A DNA stretch of 64,000 nt from an uncultured Verrucomicrobiae bacterium (GCA_963788655.1 CAWBHS010000022.1:138463-202462); one strand, 5' to 3'. Positions 44,383 to 55,063 are shown, numbered from the stretch's first letter. Translations and numbers: made by a program. The notes: generated by a model from the sequence alone, not told the origin.

Positions 44383-45903
44383 CCAGGGATGCTCCGGTCA
44401 GTTGTTCCATGACGCGTTCGGGCGTGTACTCAGTCGCCTTGCCCAGCTTGAGGATTCGGCCTTCCCGATAAACGGCGATCCGATGTGACAAGTTCAGGAC
44501 TTCGTTCAAATCCGAAGAAATCAGAATTACCGCGATCCCCGACGCCACCAGTTTGGCGATGAAGGAAAAGATTTCTTCCCGCGCGCCAACATCGACGCCG
44601 CGCGTGGGTTCATCGAGAATCAGCACACGTGGCGGATGTTCCATCCAACGGCCGACCAAAACTTTTTGCTGGTTGCCGCCCGAGAGGCTGTCCACCGGTT
44701 GCTCGGGATCGGCCAACCGAATGGCAAAATTCCGCACCGCCCGGTCCACGATGGCGGCGCGTCTTTTGTGATTCGGCGTGCCAGCCGGCGATCCAGTCCC
44801 GCACCCAGGGCAAAGCGATGTTAAAGGCCACCGACTGGCAGACGACCAGGCCCTGCAGTTTTCGGTCCTCCGGGATCAAGACGATGCCGGCCTGCAACGC
44901 CTCCGCCGGCGAGGCAATCTTGACGGCCTTGTCCTGATCGCAGGATTTCGCCGCTCTCCAAGCGGTCGATGCCGAAAATGGCCCGGGCCAATTCGCTGCG
45001 TCCGGACCCGACCAAGCCGGCAAAGCCAAGAATTTCCCCGGCGCGCAATTGGAAACTGACGTTGCGCACTTTTGCATTGGTCAGGTTCTTCACCTCCAGA
45101 ACGATGTCTCCCGAAGCCCCGGCGGGGCGATGGAAATGGTCGGCGATTTCGCGTCCCACCATCCAGCGTACGAGCTCCTGTTGGTGCAATTGGCTGGTCG
45201 GTTGGGTGCCGATGGATTCCCCATCCCGCAATACCGTGATGCGGTTAGCCAGGCGGATGATTTCTTCGAGGCGGTGCGAGATGTAAATGATGCCCACGCC
45301 CTGTTCTCGCAACCGTGAAAGCGTGGCGAACAGGATTTCGGTCTCCGTCTCGGACAGCGAGGACGTGGGTTCGTCCAGCACGAGAATGCGCGCCTGGCAG
45401 GACAATGCCCGAGCAATTTCGACCAGTTGCTGGTGAGCCACGCTCAGGGTGGAGACGTCGGCCCGCACATCGCGGATTTCGGTCAGGCCGAGCCGATTGA
45501 CCAGTTGGCCGGCCTCCGCAAATATTTGACGCCGATCCAGAAACCCAAAGCGTCCCGGTTCGCGACCCAGATAAATGTTTTCCGCCACGGAGAGATTCGG
45601 GGCCAGGGACAATTCCTGGTGAATGATGCGGATGCCGTAGCGGTCCGCATCGCCGACGCCGTAAATGGACGCCGGTTGGCCATTGATAACGATCGCACCT
45701 GCGTCGGGCCGATGAATGCCGCCGAGCACTTTGATGAGGGTGGACTTGCCGGCGCCGTTCTCACCGAGCAATGCGTGGATTTCCCCAGCCTGCAACTCGA
45801 AGTCCACGCCCTTCAGAGCCTGCACACCGCCGAAGTATTTTTTGACGCCCCGCAAGCGGAGCAGAGTGTCGGGTGCCGTTCGAGTGCAGTCGAATTGGGG
45901 CAT
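44369..45903 (-). CDS. monosaccharide ABC transporter ATP-binding protein (RbsA-like), frameshifts near 44940 and 44770; start uncertain, frame open up to 46815
   Basis: GENGAGKST, LDEPT, PEDRK, LSGGNQQK, DEPTRGVDVGA across three ORF fragments. Confidence 0.88.
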
Positions 45904-45968
45904 GCTGATTGGTGGTCTAGGATTGGCCATCAGCAATCGTGCTCCCGGCAGCAAATGGAGCACTGGAA

Positions 45969-46453
45969 CGTGCTGCCGGCATCCTGCCGGCAGAGCGAAC
46001 GGAGCAAGCCAAGGCGAAGGGTATTGTTTGAGTTCGAGCGCACCTTTCGTGATCCGTTTCTGCCGGCGGGACGCCGGCAGCACGTTGCTCCAGCGTGCTG
46101 CCGGCATCTTGCCGGCAGGTCGGACGGCGCCAGCCCAATCGAAGGGTATTGTTTGGTTCGAGCGCACCCTTCGTGATCGTTTCTGCCGGCGGGACGCCGG
46201 CAGCACGTTGCTCCAGCGTGCTGCCGGCATCTTGCCGGCAGGTCGGACGGAGCCAGCCCAATTGAAGGGTATTGTTTGGTTCGAGCGCACCCTTCGTGAT
46301 CGTTTCTGCCGGCGAGACGCCAGCAGCACGTTGCTCCAGCGTGCTGCCGGCATCTTGCCGGCAGAGCGAACGGCGCCAGCCCAATCGAAGGGTATTGTTT
46401 GGTTCGAGCGCACCCTTCGTGATTGTTTCTGCCGGCGGGACGCCCGCAGCACG
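45969..46453. repeat. tandem array of four ~123-bp REPIN units (family G)
   Basis: Units start at 45969, 46094, 46217 and 46340; each CGTGCTGCCGGCATCYTGCCGGCAG ... CTGCCGGCGRGACGCCRGCAGCACG with near-identical interiors. Confidence 0.95.
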
Positions 46454-46577
46454 TCGCCCCAGCGAATGGAGCAAACCATATCCAAAGTTAATACTCGGTC
46501 GTTCGCATACACCGACTCGGTCCCTGCCAAGTTCCGTAAAGTATTACCGTGCGCAACGCACTGCAGGTCGTCGATCC

Positions 46578-46728
46578 TCGCGAAGCGTTTGGAGTGCGTG
46601 GAGCTTGCTCCCGCTTTTGGTTTGGTACGACAAAACAACTTGCTGCCGTGCCGCGCGAGAAAAACTCGACCCTTGCGGTTTCGTTCGAAAGCGCCGGCAA
46701 GCCGGGCGCACTCCAAACGCTGGCGCGA
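46578..46728. repeat. REPIN, family F (GCGTTTGGAGTGCG)
   Basis: Inverted arms 46578-46617 and 46688-46728; related copy at 59143-59294. Confidence 0.85.
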
Positions 46729-46811
46729 CTTAGCTTCCGCGGTTGCAATATCGGCGCCAGCCACGTGTCGGAATGTAACAAACCAACTTCTGCCCGTTTT
46801 CCCATCGCAGC

Positions 46812-47762
46812 TCATTGCTTGAGGAATTCGTCGGCATTCGTTGCAGTGATCAGTTTGACGGGCACCTTGACGTTTTTGGGAATCGTTTTGCCGGCCAGGT
46901 GCCCATAAAATTTCTCGGCGGCGATGCGCCCAATTTCCTTCGGGAATTGGGCCGAGGTCGAATACAGCTTGCCGGCCTTGATGGCCGCGATGCCTTCCTG
47001 CGAACCATCGACCGTCACCACGGTAACGTCCTTCAGCTTGCCCGCCGATTCCAAGGCGGAGATGGCTCCCAATGCACTGGGATCGTTGATCGGAAACACG
47101 GCATCAAGGTCGGGAAACCGGCCCAACAAATCCCGCATGACCGGCCGCGCGCCTTCAGTGGTGCCTTTGCCTTCCTGGATGTCCTGGATCTTGAGTCCGG
47201 GATGCTTGGCAGCTTCCTCCTTGAATCCGGCGACGCGGTCAATGCATGCTTTGTTCACGGACAAGTGCAGGATCACCACTTTGGCGTTCGGCTTGACGGT
47301 GGCCAGCGCCCGCGCGGCTAATCGACCCGCCTCGAGATTGTCGGAAGCCACCTGGCACAGCACGAGATCTTCCTCCTTAACTGGCGCGTCCACAATGATG
47401 CACGGTACGTGCTGGTTCTTCGCCTGGAGCAACGTGCCTTTAATGCCTTCCCAGTTCACCGGGTTGATAAACACGGCGGCGGCGCCTTGCATGATCACGT
47501 CGGAAATGTCGTTCTTCTGTTTGAGACTGTTGAATTGCGCATCGAGGGTGACCAACCGATCACCGTGGGCCTCGACCACTTCCTTGAGCCCCTGGTTCAA
47601 GTCGATGAAGAACGGATTATTCATCGTCTGGTATGACACCGCCAGGAGACGACTTTGGGTTTTCGTGTCGCTGGAAGCGGCAGAATTGGTTTCCGTTTTG
47701 CCGCAACCGAAAGCAAGAGCCAGCAGACCCATGGCGGCGAAGTTTAGAATGTTGTGCTTCAT
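46812..47762 (-). CDS. sugar ABC transporter substrate-binding lipoprotein (RbsB-like)
   Basis: Lipobox LAFG-C, NNPFF, SDN..AG, ND..ALGA, VDG. Confidence 0.93.
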   Translation of the reverse strand: MKHNILNFAAMGLLALAFGCGKTETNSAASSDTKTQSRLLAVSYQTMNNPFFIDLNQGLKEVVEAHGDRLVTLDAQFNSLKQKNDISDVIMQGAAAVFINPVNWEGIKGTLLQAKNQHVPCIIVDAPVKEEDLVLCQVASDNLEAGRLAARALATVKPNAKVVILHLSVNKACIDRVAGFKEEAAKHPGLKIQDIQEGKGTTEGARPVMRDLLGRFPDLDAVFPINDPSALGAISALESAGKLKDVTVVTVDGSQEGIAAIKAGKLYSTSAQFPKEIGRIAAEKFYGHLAGKTIPKNVKVPVKLITATNADEFLKQ

Positions 47763-47817
47763 TGGTTGGTTATCTCACCGTGCTTTCTCCGTTGTTTCAA
47801 TCGGAAACCGTGGTTTC

Positions 47818-47933
47818 GTAGGACAGGCGTCCCGCCTGTCCCGGACTTTCCGACAACTCTGAATTGTTGCGAGATGTTTGCTGGCGCAAGGTGCGGTTCT
47901 GGTCATTCGGGACAGCCGGGACGGCTATCCTAC
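47818..47933. repeat. REPIN, family A
   Basis: GTAGGACAGGCGTCCCGCCTGTC ... GACAGCCGGGACGGCTATCCTAC. Confidence 0.85.
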
Positions 47934-47946
47934 TCGCCCTCGGCGC

Positions 47947-49068
47947 TCAGTTCTCAGCTTCCAGTATCGGCTCCAGCAGCCGCAGAAACGCCCGCGCCTG
48001 GCGCATGAATCCCAGGTCGGTCGGGTGCGATCCGTCCACGGTGTCCTCCCCATCGCGGCCCAGCAGCAGTTCACCGGGCAGGTAGTAGAGTCCTTTCACG
48101 CCGTTGGCTTCGAGACGTCCAAAGGCGGCTTTCAACGCCACGCGGTCCTCGAGGTTGCGTTGCGCGCGAGCCGGTTTGAAAAACGCGTCACCATAAGTCC
48201 GGTCTTCGACCAACAAGATCGGCGTGTCAGGATGCGCCGCACGCAATCGCTGCACAAACGGTTCGACCCGTTCCGTCACCATCGCGCCGTCCATATTGGG
48301 CAAGCAATCGAGGATGAAGACCGCCGGATCCAATTCCGCCAGCAGATCGGCCAGGGGCATTTCCATTTTGCCATTGCCCGAAAAACCCAGGTTGATGACG
48401 GGTCGGTTCAAGGCCCGTCCCACAATAGCGGTATGCACCATTCCCGGACGACTGGCGCAGCCGCCTTGAGTAATCGAGGTGCCATAAAACACCAGGGGAC
48501 GCCGATAGCCGGGCGGCCGCGCCGGGGCTTTGGACATGGTGGCGTCGGACGGGATGCCAAGCTCGACTTGCGAAACGCCGTTATACAGCGGGAGGTAAAG
48601 CCAGAATTCCCGCGGCTCGCGGGCGACACCCTCGAATAACCGAACGGTGTTCGTTTGGCCGGTGGGTTTGCCATTGGCCACCCAACGCCACGAACCATCC
48701 GGTTGATGTACGTAAAGATCGACGCCGCTGACGCCGGTGGCTGGCATGTGCGTCATGGCCAGGTTCTTCGAAGTCAACACCCAGTGGGCCGTCAACTCAG
48801 GCGTATCCGTCACAAACCGCGCGCTCAACCCAGCGCTGTGATGACTCAAACTCCACACAGCGGGAGGGACATTGGTGGCGGCTTTGCTGGGCAGCCGGTC
48901 GTACGGTCCCGGTGTGTCGGTCCAGCCTTTGCCTTCGAGGTCCAGCAAGGTCAAATCGTAATAACGAAGTTTCCCGTCCTGTCTGGCCTTTTCCACCGGC
49001 AACGGTTCGGCAGCCGGAAGTTGGGCGACGACGAAAAGAACGGTGACGAACAAGATCAGCTTGTGCAT
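47947..49068 (-). CDS. SGNH/GDSL hydrolase with GxDLY N-terminal domain (putative carbohydrate esterase)
   Basis: Signal peptide, SGVDLY, YGTSITQG, NLGFSGNG, DGSHP. Confidence 0.9.
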   Translation of the reverse strand: MHKLILFVTVLFVVAQLPAAEPLPVEKARQDGKLRYYDLTLLDLEGKGWTDTPGPYDRLPSKAATNVPPAVWSLSHHSAGLSARFVTDTPELTAHWVLTSKNLAMTHMPATGVSGVDLYVHQPDGSWRWVANGKPTGQTNTVRLFEGVAREPREFWLYLPLYNGVSQVELGIPSDATMSKAPARPPGYRRPLVFYGTSITQGGCASRPGMVHTAIVGRALNRPVINLGFSGNGKMEMPLADLLAELDPAVFILDCLPNMDGAMVTERVEPFVQRLRAAHPDTPILLVEDRTYGDAFFKPARAQRNLEDRVALKAAFGRLEANGVKGLYYLPGELLLGRDGEDTVDGSHPTDLGFMRQARAFLRLLEPILEAEN

Positions 49069-49130
49069 GGCGCGAATTTACGAACATACCGGCGCGCGCG
49101 GAAGGCTATTCTTGCCAGCATGACGCCATG

Positions 49131-49238
49131 GGAAATCCGAAGGCCGAAACCCGAGATCCGAATTGATCTGGCTCGGCGGAGACGTTTTCCGCGTTCCCTC
49201 GCAATAGGAACTCCATCGGCTTCGGTCTTCGGATTTCC
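49131..49238. repeat. 18-bp inverted repeat pair built from short TTCGGAT-like units
   Basis: GGAAATCCGAAGGCCGAA / TTCGGTCTTCGGATTTCC, 17 of 18 match. Confidence 0.7.
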
Positions 49239-49322
49239 TTTCGCTTGCGCTGGCCGCTTGCTCACCATACCATCCCGCCTCCTTTGAATTGAAATTGGTT
49301 TATTGAGCAAAAGTTACGAAAT

Positions 49323-50543
49323 ATGGCTAGTTTGAAAGGCAAAGCTTTAGTGGCGCAGGGTGGTGGTCCGACCGCGGTGATCAATCAATCGATGGTGGGC
49401 GTGGTCCTCGAAGCGCGGCGTTATGCGCAGGTAACCGGGGTGTATGGCGCGCTGAATGGCGTCAGCGGTATTCTCAAGGAAGAATTCGCCGACCTCAGTC
49501 AAGAGACGCTGAACAATCTCGAACACGTGGCCAGCACGCCGTCATCGGCCCTGCTGAGCACGCGCGACAAGCCGGACGCGGAATATTGCGCCAAGATTTT
49601 CAAAGTCCTGAAAGCGCACGACGTCCGTTATTTCTTTTACATCGGTGGCAACGACAGTTCCGACACTGTGCGAATCGTCAACGAGCACGCGCACCAGGAC
49701 GGGTATGAGATGCGCTGTGTCCACATTCCCAAAACCATTGACAACGACTTGGTCGAGAACGATCACACTCCCGGCTATCCGTCCGCCGCGCGCTTTGTAG
49801 CCCAAGCCTTCATGGGGGCCAACCTCGACAATCGCTCACTGCCGGGCGTTTATTTGGGCATCGTCATGGGACGGCACGCCGGCTTTTTGACCGCCGCCAG
49901 CGCGTTGGGACGCACGTACCCGGACGATGGTCCGCATCTCATTTATGTGCCGGAACGGCCGTTTGATACCGATCAATTCGTGGCGGATGTCGATGCCACC
50001 TACCAGAAATATGGCCGTTGCATTATCGCCGCGAGCGAAGGCGTGACCGATGCCAAGGGAACGCCGATCATAACCAAGCTCATGGAGAACGTGGAAAAGG
50101 ATGCCCACGGCAACGTGCAGCTCTCGGGCACCGGCGCGCTGGGCGATTTGCTGGCCGAAGAAGTGAAAAAGAAGCTGAAGATCAAGCGCGTGCGGGCGGA
50201 CACGCTGGGCTATCTCCAACGCAGCTTCATGGGCGTGGTTTCCGACGTGGACCAAAGCGAAGCGCGCGAAGTCGGCGAGCGCGCCGTACACTTCGCCGTG
50301 ACGAAGGACGTGGACGGTTCGGTGGCCATCAAGCGCACTGGCAATTATTCGGTGGATTACGAATTGGTCGAGCTCACGAAAATCGCCGGCAAGACCCGTC
50401 ACATGCCCACCGAGTTCATCAACGAAAAAGGCAACGACGTCACCGACGCTTTCGTGACTTACGCTCGGCCGTTGCTCGGCAGTGATCTGCCGCGGCCCTA
50501 CATCATCCGGGCGCCACGCGTGGCCAAAGTGTTGAACCAGTAG
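49323..50543 (+). CDS. pfkA: 6-phosphofructokinase, probably pyrophosphate-dependent
   Basis: GGPTAVIN, GGNDS (Asp at the donor-specificity position), PKTIDND, MGR. Confidence 0.9.
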   Translation: MASLKGKALVAQGGGPTAVINQSMVGVVLEARRYAQVTGVYGALNGVSGILKEEFADLSQETLNNLEHVASTPSSALLSTRDKPDAEYCAKIFKVLKAHDVRYFFYIGGNDSSDTVRIVNEHAHQDGYEMRCVHIPKTIDNDLVENDHTPGYPSAARFVAQAFMGANLDNRSLPGVYLGIVMGRHAGFLTAASALGRTYPDDGPHLIYVPERPFDTDQFVADVDATYQKYGRCIIAASEGVTDAKGTPIITKLMENVEKDAHGNVQLSGTGALGDLLAEEVKKKLKIKRVRADTLGYLQRSFMGVVSDVDQSEAREVGERAVHFAVTKDVDGSVAIKRTGNYSVDYELVELTKIAGKTRHMPTEFINEKGNDVTDAFVTYARPLLGSDLPRPYIIRAPRVAKVLNQ

Positions 50544-50568
50544 ACCAAGCCGTATCAATTCAGTTGGG

Positions 50569-50738
50569 GTAGGGCGAGACTCCGTCGAGCCCTGACTTCT
50601 TCACGTCGCGTTCGAAGACACGAACCCGATCAAGGGGAAATCCCTGACATTCGAACCGCCAAAGGCTTTCCGCGTTTGCGGTTTAGGGCATTCGAAAACA
50701 CCTCAGGGAAATCAGGGCTCGACTGAGTCTCGCCCTAC
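50569..50738. repeat. REPIN, family C (GTAGGGCGAGACTCCGTCGAGCCCT)
   Basis: Inverted arms; same 170-bp span as the copy at 36139-36308. Confidence 0.88.
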
Positions 50739-50778
50739 CGGGGATGGGTGACCGTGTCCGCCGCCCACTTCCCAATCG

Positions 50779-52588
50779 TTACTTCTTGGTGCGGTTGAGC
50801 AAACCGTTCAAGAGGCTCTTGCCTTGTTCGCCGGCTTTATTGCCGAGTTCCTTCTCGAGCAATTCGCCAGCTTTGCCTTTCAGTTCGCCCACCGCTTGAT
50901 TGACGCCGGCTTTGACGAGCGCGTCGGTCAGTTGTTTGGCATCCACCTTGATGCGGGGATTGTCGAGTGGGCCGGTCAAGCCGATGGGCAAGATGAATTG
51001 TTGAACCTGGGTGGCTTTGCCGCCGGGAATGGTGATCGTGGCATTGTGCAGCGTAGCCTGCATCGGCAAATCAATGGTGACTCCTTTGAGGGTGTCCAGC
51101 GTTCCTTTGGCGGCCACATCAATCGTGCCTCCTTGCACTGGCTGCGTGCCGTCGATGACCAGATCCTTGGCGATCACGTCGGTGGGCAGGCCGCGATAAT
51201 CCAATTGGACCGTGCTCGGGCGAGCGGCGGTCTCGTAGGCACCCAGCCAGGTTTCAAAGTCCAGCGTGTCCTTGCTGGACTTGATTTTCACGTAAGGCGC
51301 TTTGCCCAATAGCGCCGGCTGTGTGGAAAGATTGCTGGCCGTGATGCTGAGGGTTTCGTTGGGGAGTTCCGGCGTGCGCACGCCGTCCGCCAACAATTCG
51401 GAAACCGTCAAGGTTGGACTGCCCTCGATGAGGTGGTTTGCCTTCACACGCGCGTAACCCAATTCGCTGACCTGCCGCGCCAGGCGTTCTCTCAGCGTCT
51501 CGTTCTTCTGCTCCGGAGTGGCCGTTTTCTCCTCCTTGGGGCCGGAGAGTTTTTCGATCCATCGGCGCACCTGCGCCAGGCGTTCTTTCCACACCTTGGC
51601 GTTCTTGATGTAGTCTTCGATGCCTTTGGTGTTGGGTGGCTTGGGTTCCTCGGTCGGCTGCGGTGGGGGCCCAACGAGTTTGCCCGGGGTGGATCGCTTT
51701 TCGCCGTGGGACGCGTCGGAGATGACGACGCGGTTTAATTGCAGCCGCTTGCGGAGCAGGTTGACGCCGCTGACCTCAGCTTCGAGTTTCTTGGCGCGGA
51801 ACAAGTCAGTATCGAGGGCGTTCGGATCCGCCATGGCCAAGCCTTCGATGGTCAATCGTTGGTTCTTGAGATCCAAATCCGCGTTGGCCAGATCGACGGT
51901 CGCCCCGTTGGCCCGTTCGAGACCACTTTGCAATTCCGACGTTACTATCGGACCGCTGGCAAACAGATACACAATGACGAGCAGCACTCCCACGAGCACG
52001 GCAAAGACGACGCCCAATGGCCGGATCGGATTGCCGATCTTTTTGGTCAGCAAATCTTCGTAAGTCAGTTTGCCTTTGCCGCCGCCGATCAAGACGAACT
52101 TGAGCGCCTTCACCCACTTCTTGCTGTTGTATTTTTGAAACCGCTCGGAGTTCTTTTCCAAGCCGGCCATTTTCTTGCGGTAAGCAGTCATGGCCCGCAC
52201 CACGCCCCAACCGCTGAGCAGGCCCAGAATCACTCCCAACAACAGGCCACCGGTCACCACGTAATACTCGAAGCCGAACAGGGCGAGCACGGGGGCGTTG
52301 ATCATCCATTGAAACAAGCCGCTGAACGGGCCGTCCAGCAGCCAGCGTCCGCAGGCAAAGCTGACCGGCATCAGCGCCAGCGAAAGGAGCTTGGCCGCGG
52401 CGCCGGTCAGCGCCGCCAGCGCCAGATTTGCGTTAAGAATAATGAGCAACAGGACCAATGCAATGATCAGTCCCGCAGCCTGGCTGAACCCCGGCATGAA
52501 TCCGATCATGGCGCCCAGCACGCCGGCGGAAAAGAGTTGGAACGGTGTCGCTTTGCCGCGTAACAATTTGCCAATCGTACCGAATCAT
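50779..52588 (-). CDS. membrane protein, TIGR03546-like N-terminus fused to a TIGR03545/AsmA-like region; possible frameshift at the extreme 5' end
   Basis: LRGKATPFQL...LG..IGFMP and TM helices, then GLERANGATVDL...LTIEGLAMADP and a C-terminal I.L.G.L.NP.I motif. Confidence 0.6.
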
Positions 52589-52823
52589 GGTTGCTCTTAT
52601 AGTTCGGGCGCCATCGCCGGTCAACATGTTCAATCGCCGCCCACCAGCCGAAACAAGTTCCCTCAAAGATGAAGGCCGCGGTCATCCGGATACTTCATCA
52701 ATCCTCGCCGCCCGAACCCGGGGCGCACTGGAGTTGCCCTCCGCCCGCCTGCGGATCTATTATCTGCCTGGACTGACGTGCATTGCAGCCAATGCAGTGC
52801 GGGATAAGTGTTAAAACAAAATC

Positions 52824-54299
52824 ATGAGTATCATTCCGTGTTGCGCAATGCTGGTCTGCGGCCTCCACCTGACTTCGGTCAACGCAGTCGTCGGCCAGGA
52901 TCAATCCAATTCTGGAGGGACTGACGGCCTGGACATTGGCTCCCAGCGGCAGCTCTTTGTTGATCGTCTGGTGCTGGATCGCCTGCAAAACGTCCGGCTG
53001 CAACTCCATTCCCCGCAGCCTCAGGAGGTGGTGTTCAAGTTCGACGCGCCCTGGGAAGGAGCGATGTGCGCCTACGTCACGGTGATGCGCGATGACGATG
53101 TCTATCGGTTGTATTACCGGGCGGGTGGCGAAACGACGCAGGAATTCACCGCCATGGCTTTGAGCTCGGACGGCATTCACTGGACGCGCCCGAAACTTGG
53201 GCTGTTTGAATTCCAAGGCAGCCAAGAGAACAACATCATCTACCGCGGCCGTCGAAAGGCCTATTGGGAATCACACAATTTCACCCCGTTCAAAGATCTC
53301 AATCCTGCCACGCTGCCGTCGCATAAATACAAAGCAGTGGCGCTTGGCCGCTACGTCCGCCCGGATGGTGAAGATGTGAAAGCCCTTGTGGCGCTGGCGT
53401 CGTCGGATGGCGTGCATTGGCAACGAATGCAGGAGGAAGCAATCATCACTCAAGGTTCGTTTGACTCGCAGAACGTGGCGTTTAGGGACACCGTCCGCGG
53501 CGAATACGTCTGTTACTTGCGCGACGGACGAGAGGTGCCTGGCGGGGGGCGCGTCCGGAGCATCAAACGAACCACTTCGAAAGACTTTCTTCATTGGACC
53601 AAACCCGAATGGCTCGATTTCGGCGAGGGTCCGTTCGAGCAGTTCTACGTCAACACGATTGCGCCCTACGACCGCGAGCCGTCGCTGTATTTGGGATTTC
53701 CCATGCGGTTCGTCCCGGAGCGCAAGACCATTGGCGCCGACGCGCGTCCGGTGGATGGTCTTTCCGACGCGGTGTTGATCAGCAGCCGCGACGGCCTGCA
53801 CTTCGCGCGCACCTTCCGGGAAGCGTTCATCCGGCCCGGGCTTGATCCGCAAAACTGGGGTCATGCCCATGGCAACAATACACCCGCCTGGGGACTGTTG
53901 CCCGCGGCGCCCGGCGAACTCTCGATCTACTGGACTGAGCATTATGGCAGCGTACCCCAACTCCGACGCGGCGTGCTGCGGGTGGATGGTTTTGTGTCCG
54001 TGCAGGCACCCTACACCGGCGGTGAATTCGTGACGAAACCCATCCGCTTTCACGGGCAAAAGCTCGTTCTGAATTACTCAACTTCAGCCGTGGGCGGCAT
54101 TCGGGTGGAAGTGCTGGATGCGTCGGGAAAGGTCATTCCAGGATTTGAGATATCGATCTGCCCGGAGATTTACGGCGACGAATTGGAACGGCCCGTTTCA
54201 TGGAACTCCGCTACCAGCCTCGCCGACCTTCAAAGGAAACCCATCCGCCTTCGCGTATCGATGCGGGATGCGGATTTGTATTCGTTTCAGTTCCAATGA
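52824..54299 (+). CDS. exported beta-propeller glycoside hydrolase-like protein
   Basis: QLFVD, repeated S.DG.HW Asp-box-like motifs, LR.DGF.S, DADLYSF C-terminus. Confidence 0.7.
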   Translation: MSIIPCCAMLVCGLHLTSVNAVVGQDQSNSGGTDGLDIGSQRQLFVDRLVLDRLQNVRLQLHSPQPQEVVFKFDAPWEGAMCAYVTVMRDDDVYRLYYRAGGETTQEFTAMALSSDGIHWTRPKLGLFEFQGSQENNIIYRGRRKAYWESHNFTPFKDLNPATLPSHKYKAVALGRYVRPDGEDVKALVALASSDGVHWQRMQEEAIITQGSFDSQNVAFRDTVRGEYVCYLRDGREVPGGGRVRSIKRTTSKDFLHWTKPEWLDFGEGPFEQFYVNTIAPYDREPSLYLGFPMRFVPERKTIGADARPVDGLSDAVLISSRDGLHFARTFREAFIRPGLDPQNWGHAHGNNTPAWGLLPAAPGELSIYWTEHYGSVPQLRRGVLRVDGFVSVQAPYTGGEFVTKPIRFHGQKLVLNYSTSAVGGIRVEVLDASGKVIPGFEISICPEIYGDELERPVSWNSATSLADLQRKPIRLRVSMRDADLYSFQFQ

Positions 54300-54411
54300 A
54301 AGAGCTGTTAAGCATCGGAATACCAAGCCCTTGTCGTTGGTGGGAATCAAATCCATTGGTTATCATTTTCTTGCTCGCTTCCGCTTGGCCGAGTCGCTAG
54401 CTTGGCAGCGT

Positions 54412-54648
54412 ATGACCGTGTTGACCGCCCATTTCGACGGAAAGGCAATCATCCCGGATGAACCGGTGGAGTTGCCGGTGAATTGTGCCTTGAAGGTGCA
54501 AGTTGAGCCGCTGCGGGAAACGGTGCCTACCGCCACCCATTTGCATCGCTTGGTTCAGATAGCCAAAAAGTATCCGGTAACCGGCGGTCCAGCGGATGGC
54601 GCGGCACAGCACGATCACTACCTCTACGGCCTGCCCAAGAAACCATGA
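54412..54648 (+). CDS. putative antitoxin (DUF104/AF2212-like)
   Basis: AHFDGK.I.P.EPVELP and P.D.A.QHDHYLYG; directly upstream of a PIN gene. Confidence 0.75.
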   Translation: MTVLTAHFDGKAIIPDEPVELPVNCALKVQVEPLRETVPTATHLHRLVQIAKKYPVTGGPADGAAQHDHYLYGLPKKP

Positions 54649-54652
54649 CCTC

Positions 54653-55063
54653 ATGATCTTCTTGGACACCGGCTACTTCATCGCGCTTTTTACCACCGAT
54701 GACAATCTTCACGACCGAGCGGTTGCTTGGTCGATGCAGATCAACGAGCCATCACTCGCCACCGAATACGTCCTCTGGGAATGCGTGAATACTTTCTCCA
54801 AACCGAAGGATCGTCCGTCGGCTCACGCGCTGATCGACCATGTGGAATCTGATCCATCGTGTGAGTTGATCCACGCCTCTCCTGAACTGTTTACTGTCGG
54901 CGTTGGACTTCACCGTAATCGTCCGGATAAGGAGTGGTCCCTGACCGATTGCATCTCATTCCACCTGATGCATGAACGTGGCTTGACTCGTGCCCTGGCT
55001 TACGACGCCCATTTCGAACAGGCTGGATTTCAAGCGCTACTTCGCCAAGATCCAGTGGCATAG
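54653..55063 (+). CDS. vapC: VapC/PIN domain toxin
   Basis: IFLDTGYFIAL, E, WSLTDCISF, D.HFEQAGF. Confidence 0.9.
   Translation: MIFLDTGYFIALFTTDDNLHDRAVAWSMQINEPSLATEYVLWECVNTFSKPKDRPSAHALIDHVESDPSCELIHASPELFTVGVGLHRNRPDKEWSLTDCISFHLMHERGLTRALAYDAHFEQAGFQALLRQDPVA

Noticed and set aside
45969..46453. CRISPR array
   Set aside because: Sequences between the palindromes are near-identical, the period is 123 bp and no cas genes are present; it is a tandem REPIN
45716..46822. Plus-strand 368-aa repeat protein
   Set aside because: Translation of the repeat array, antisense to the operon, with no recognisable domain
10134..52588. Programmed frameshifting or mass pseudogenisation
   Set aside because: Scattered single indels in unrelated genes with otherwise intact motifs fit long-read consensus error better
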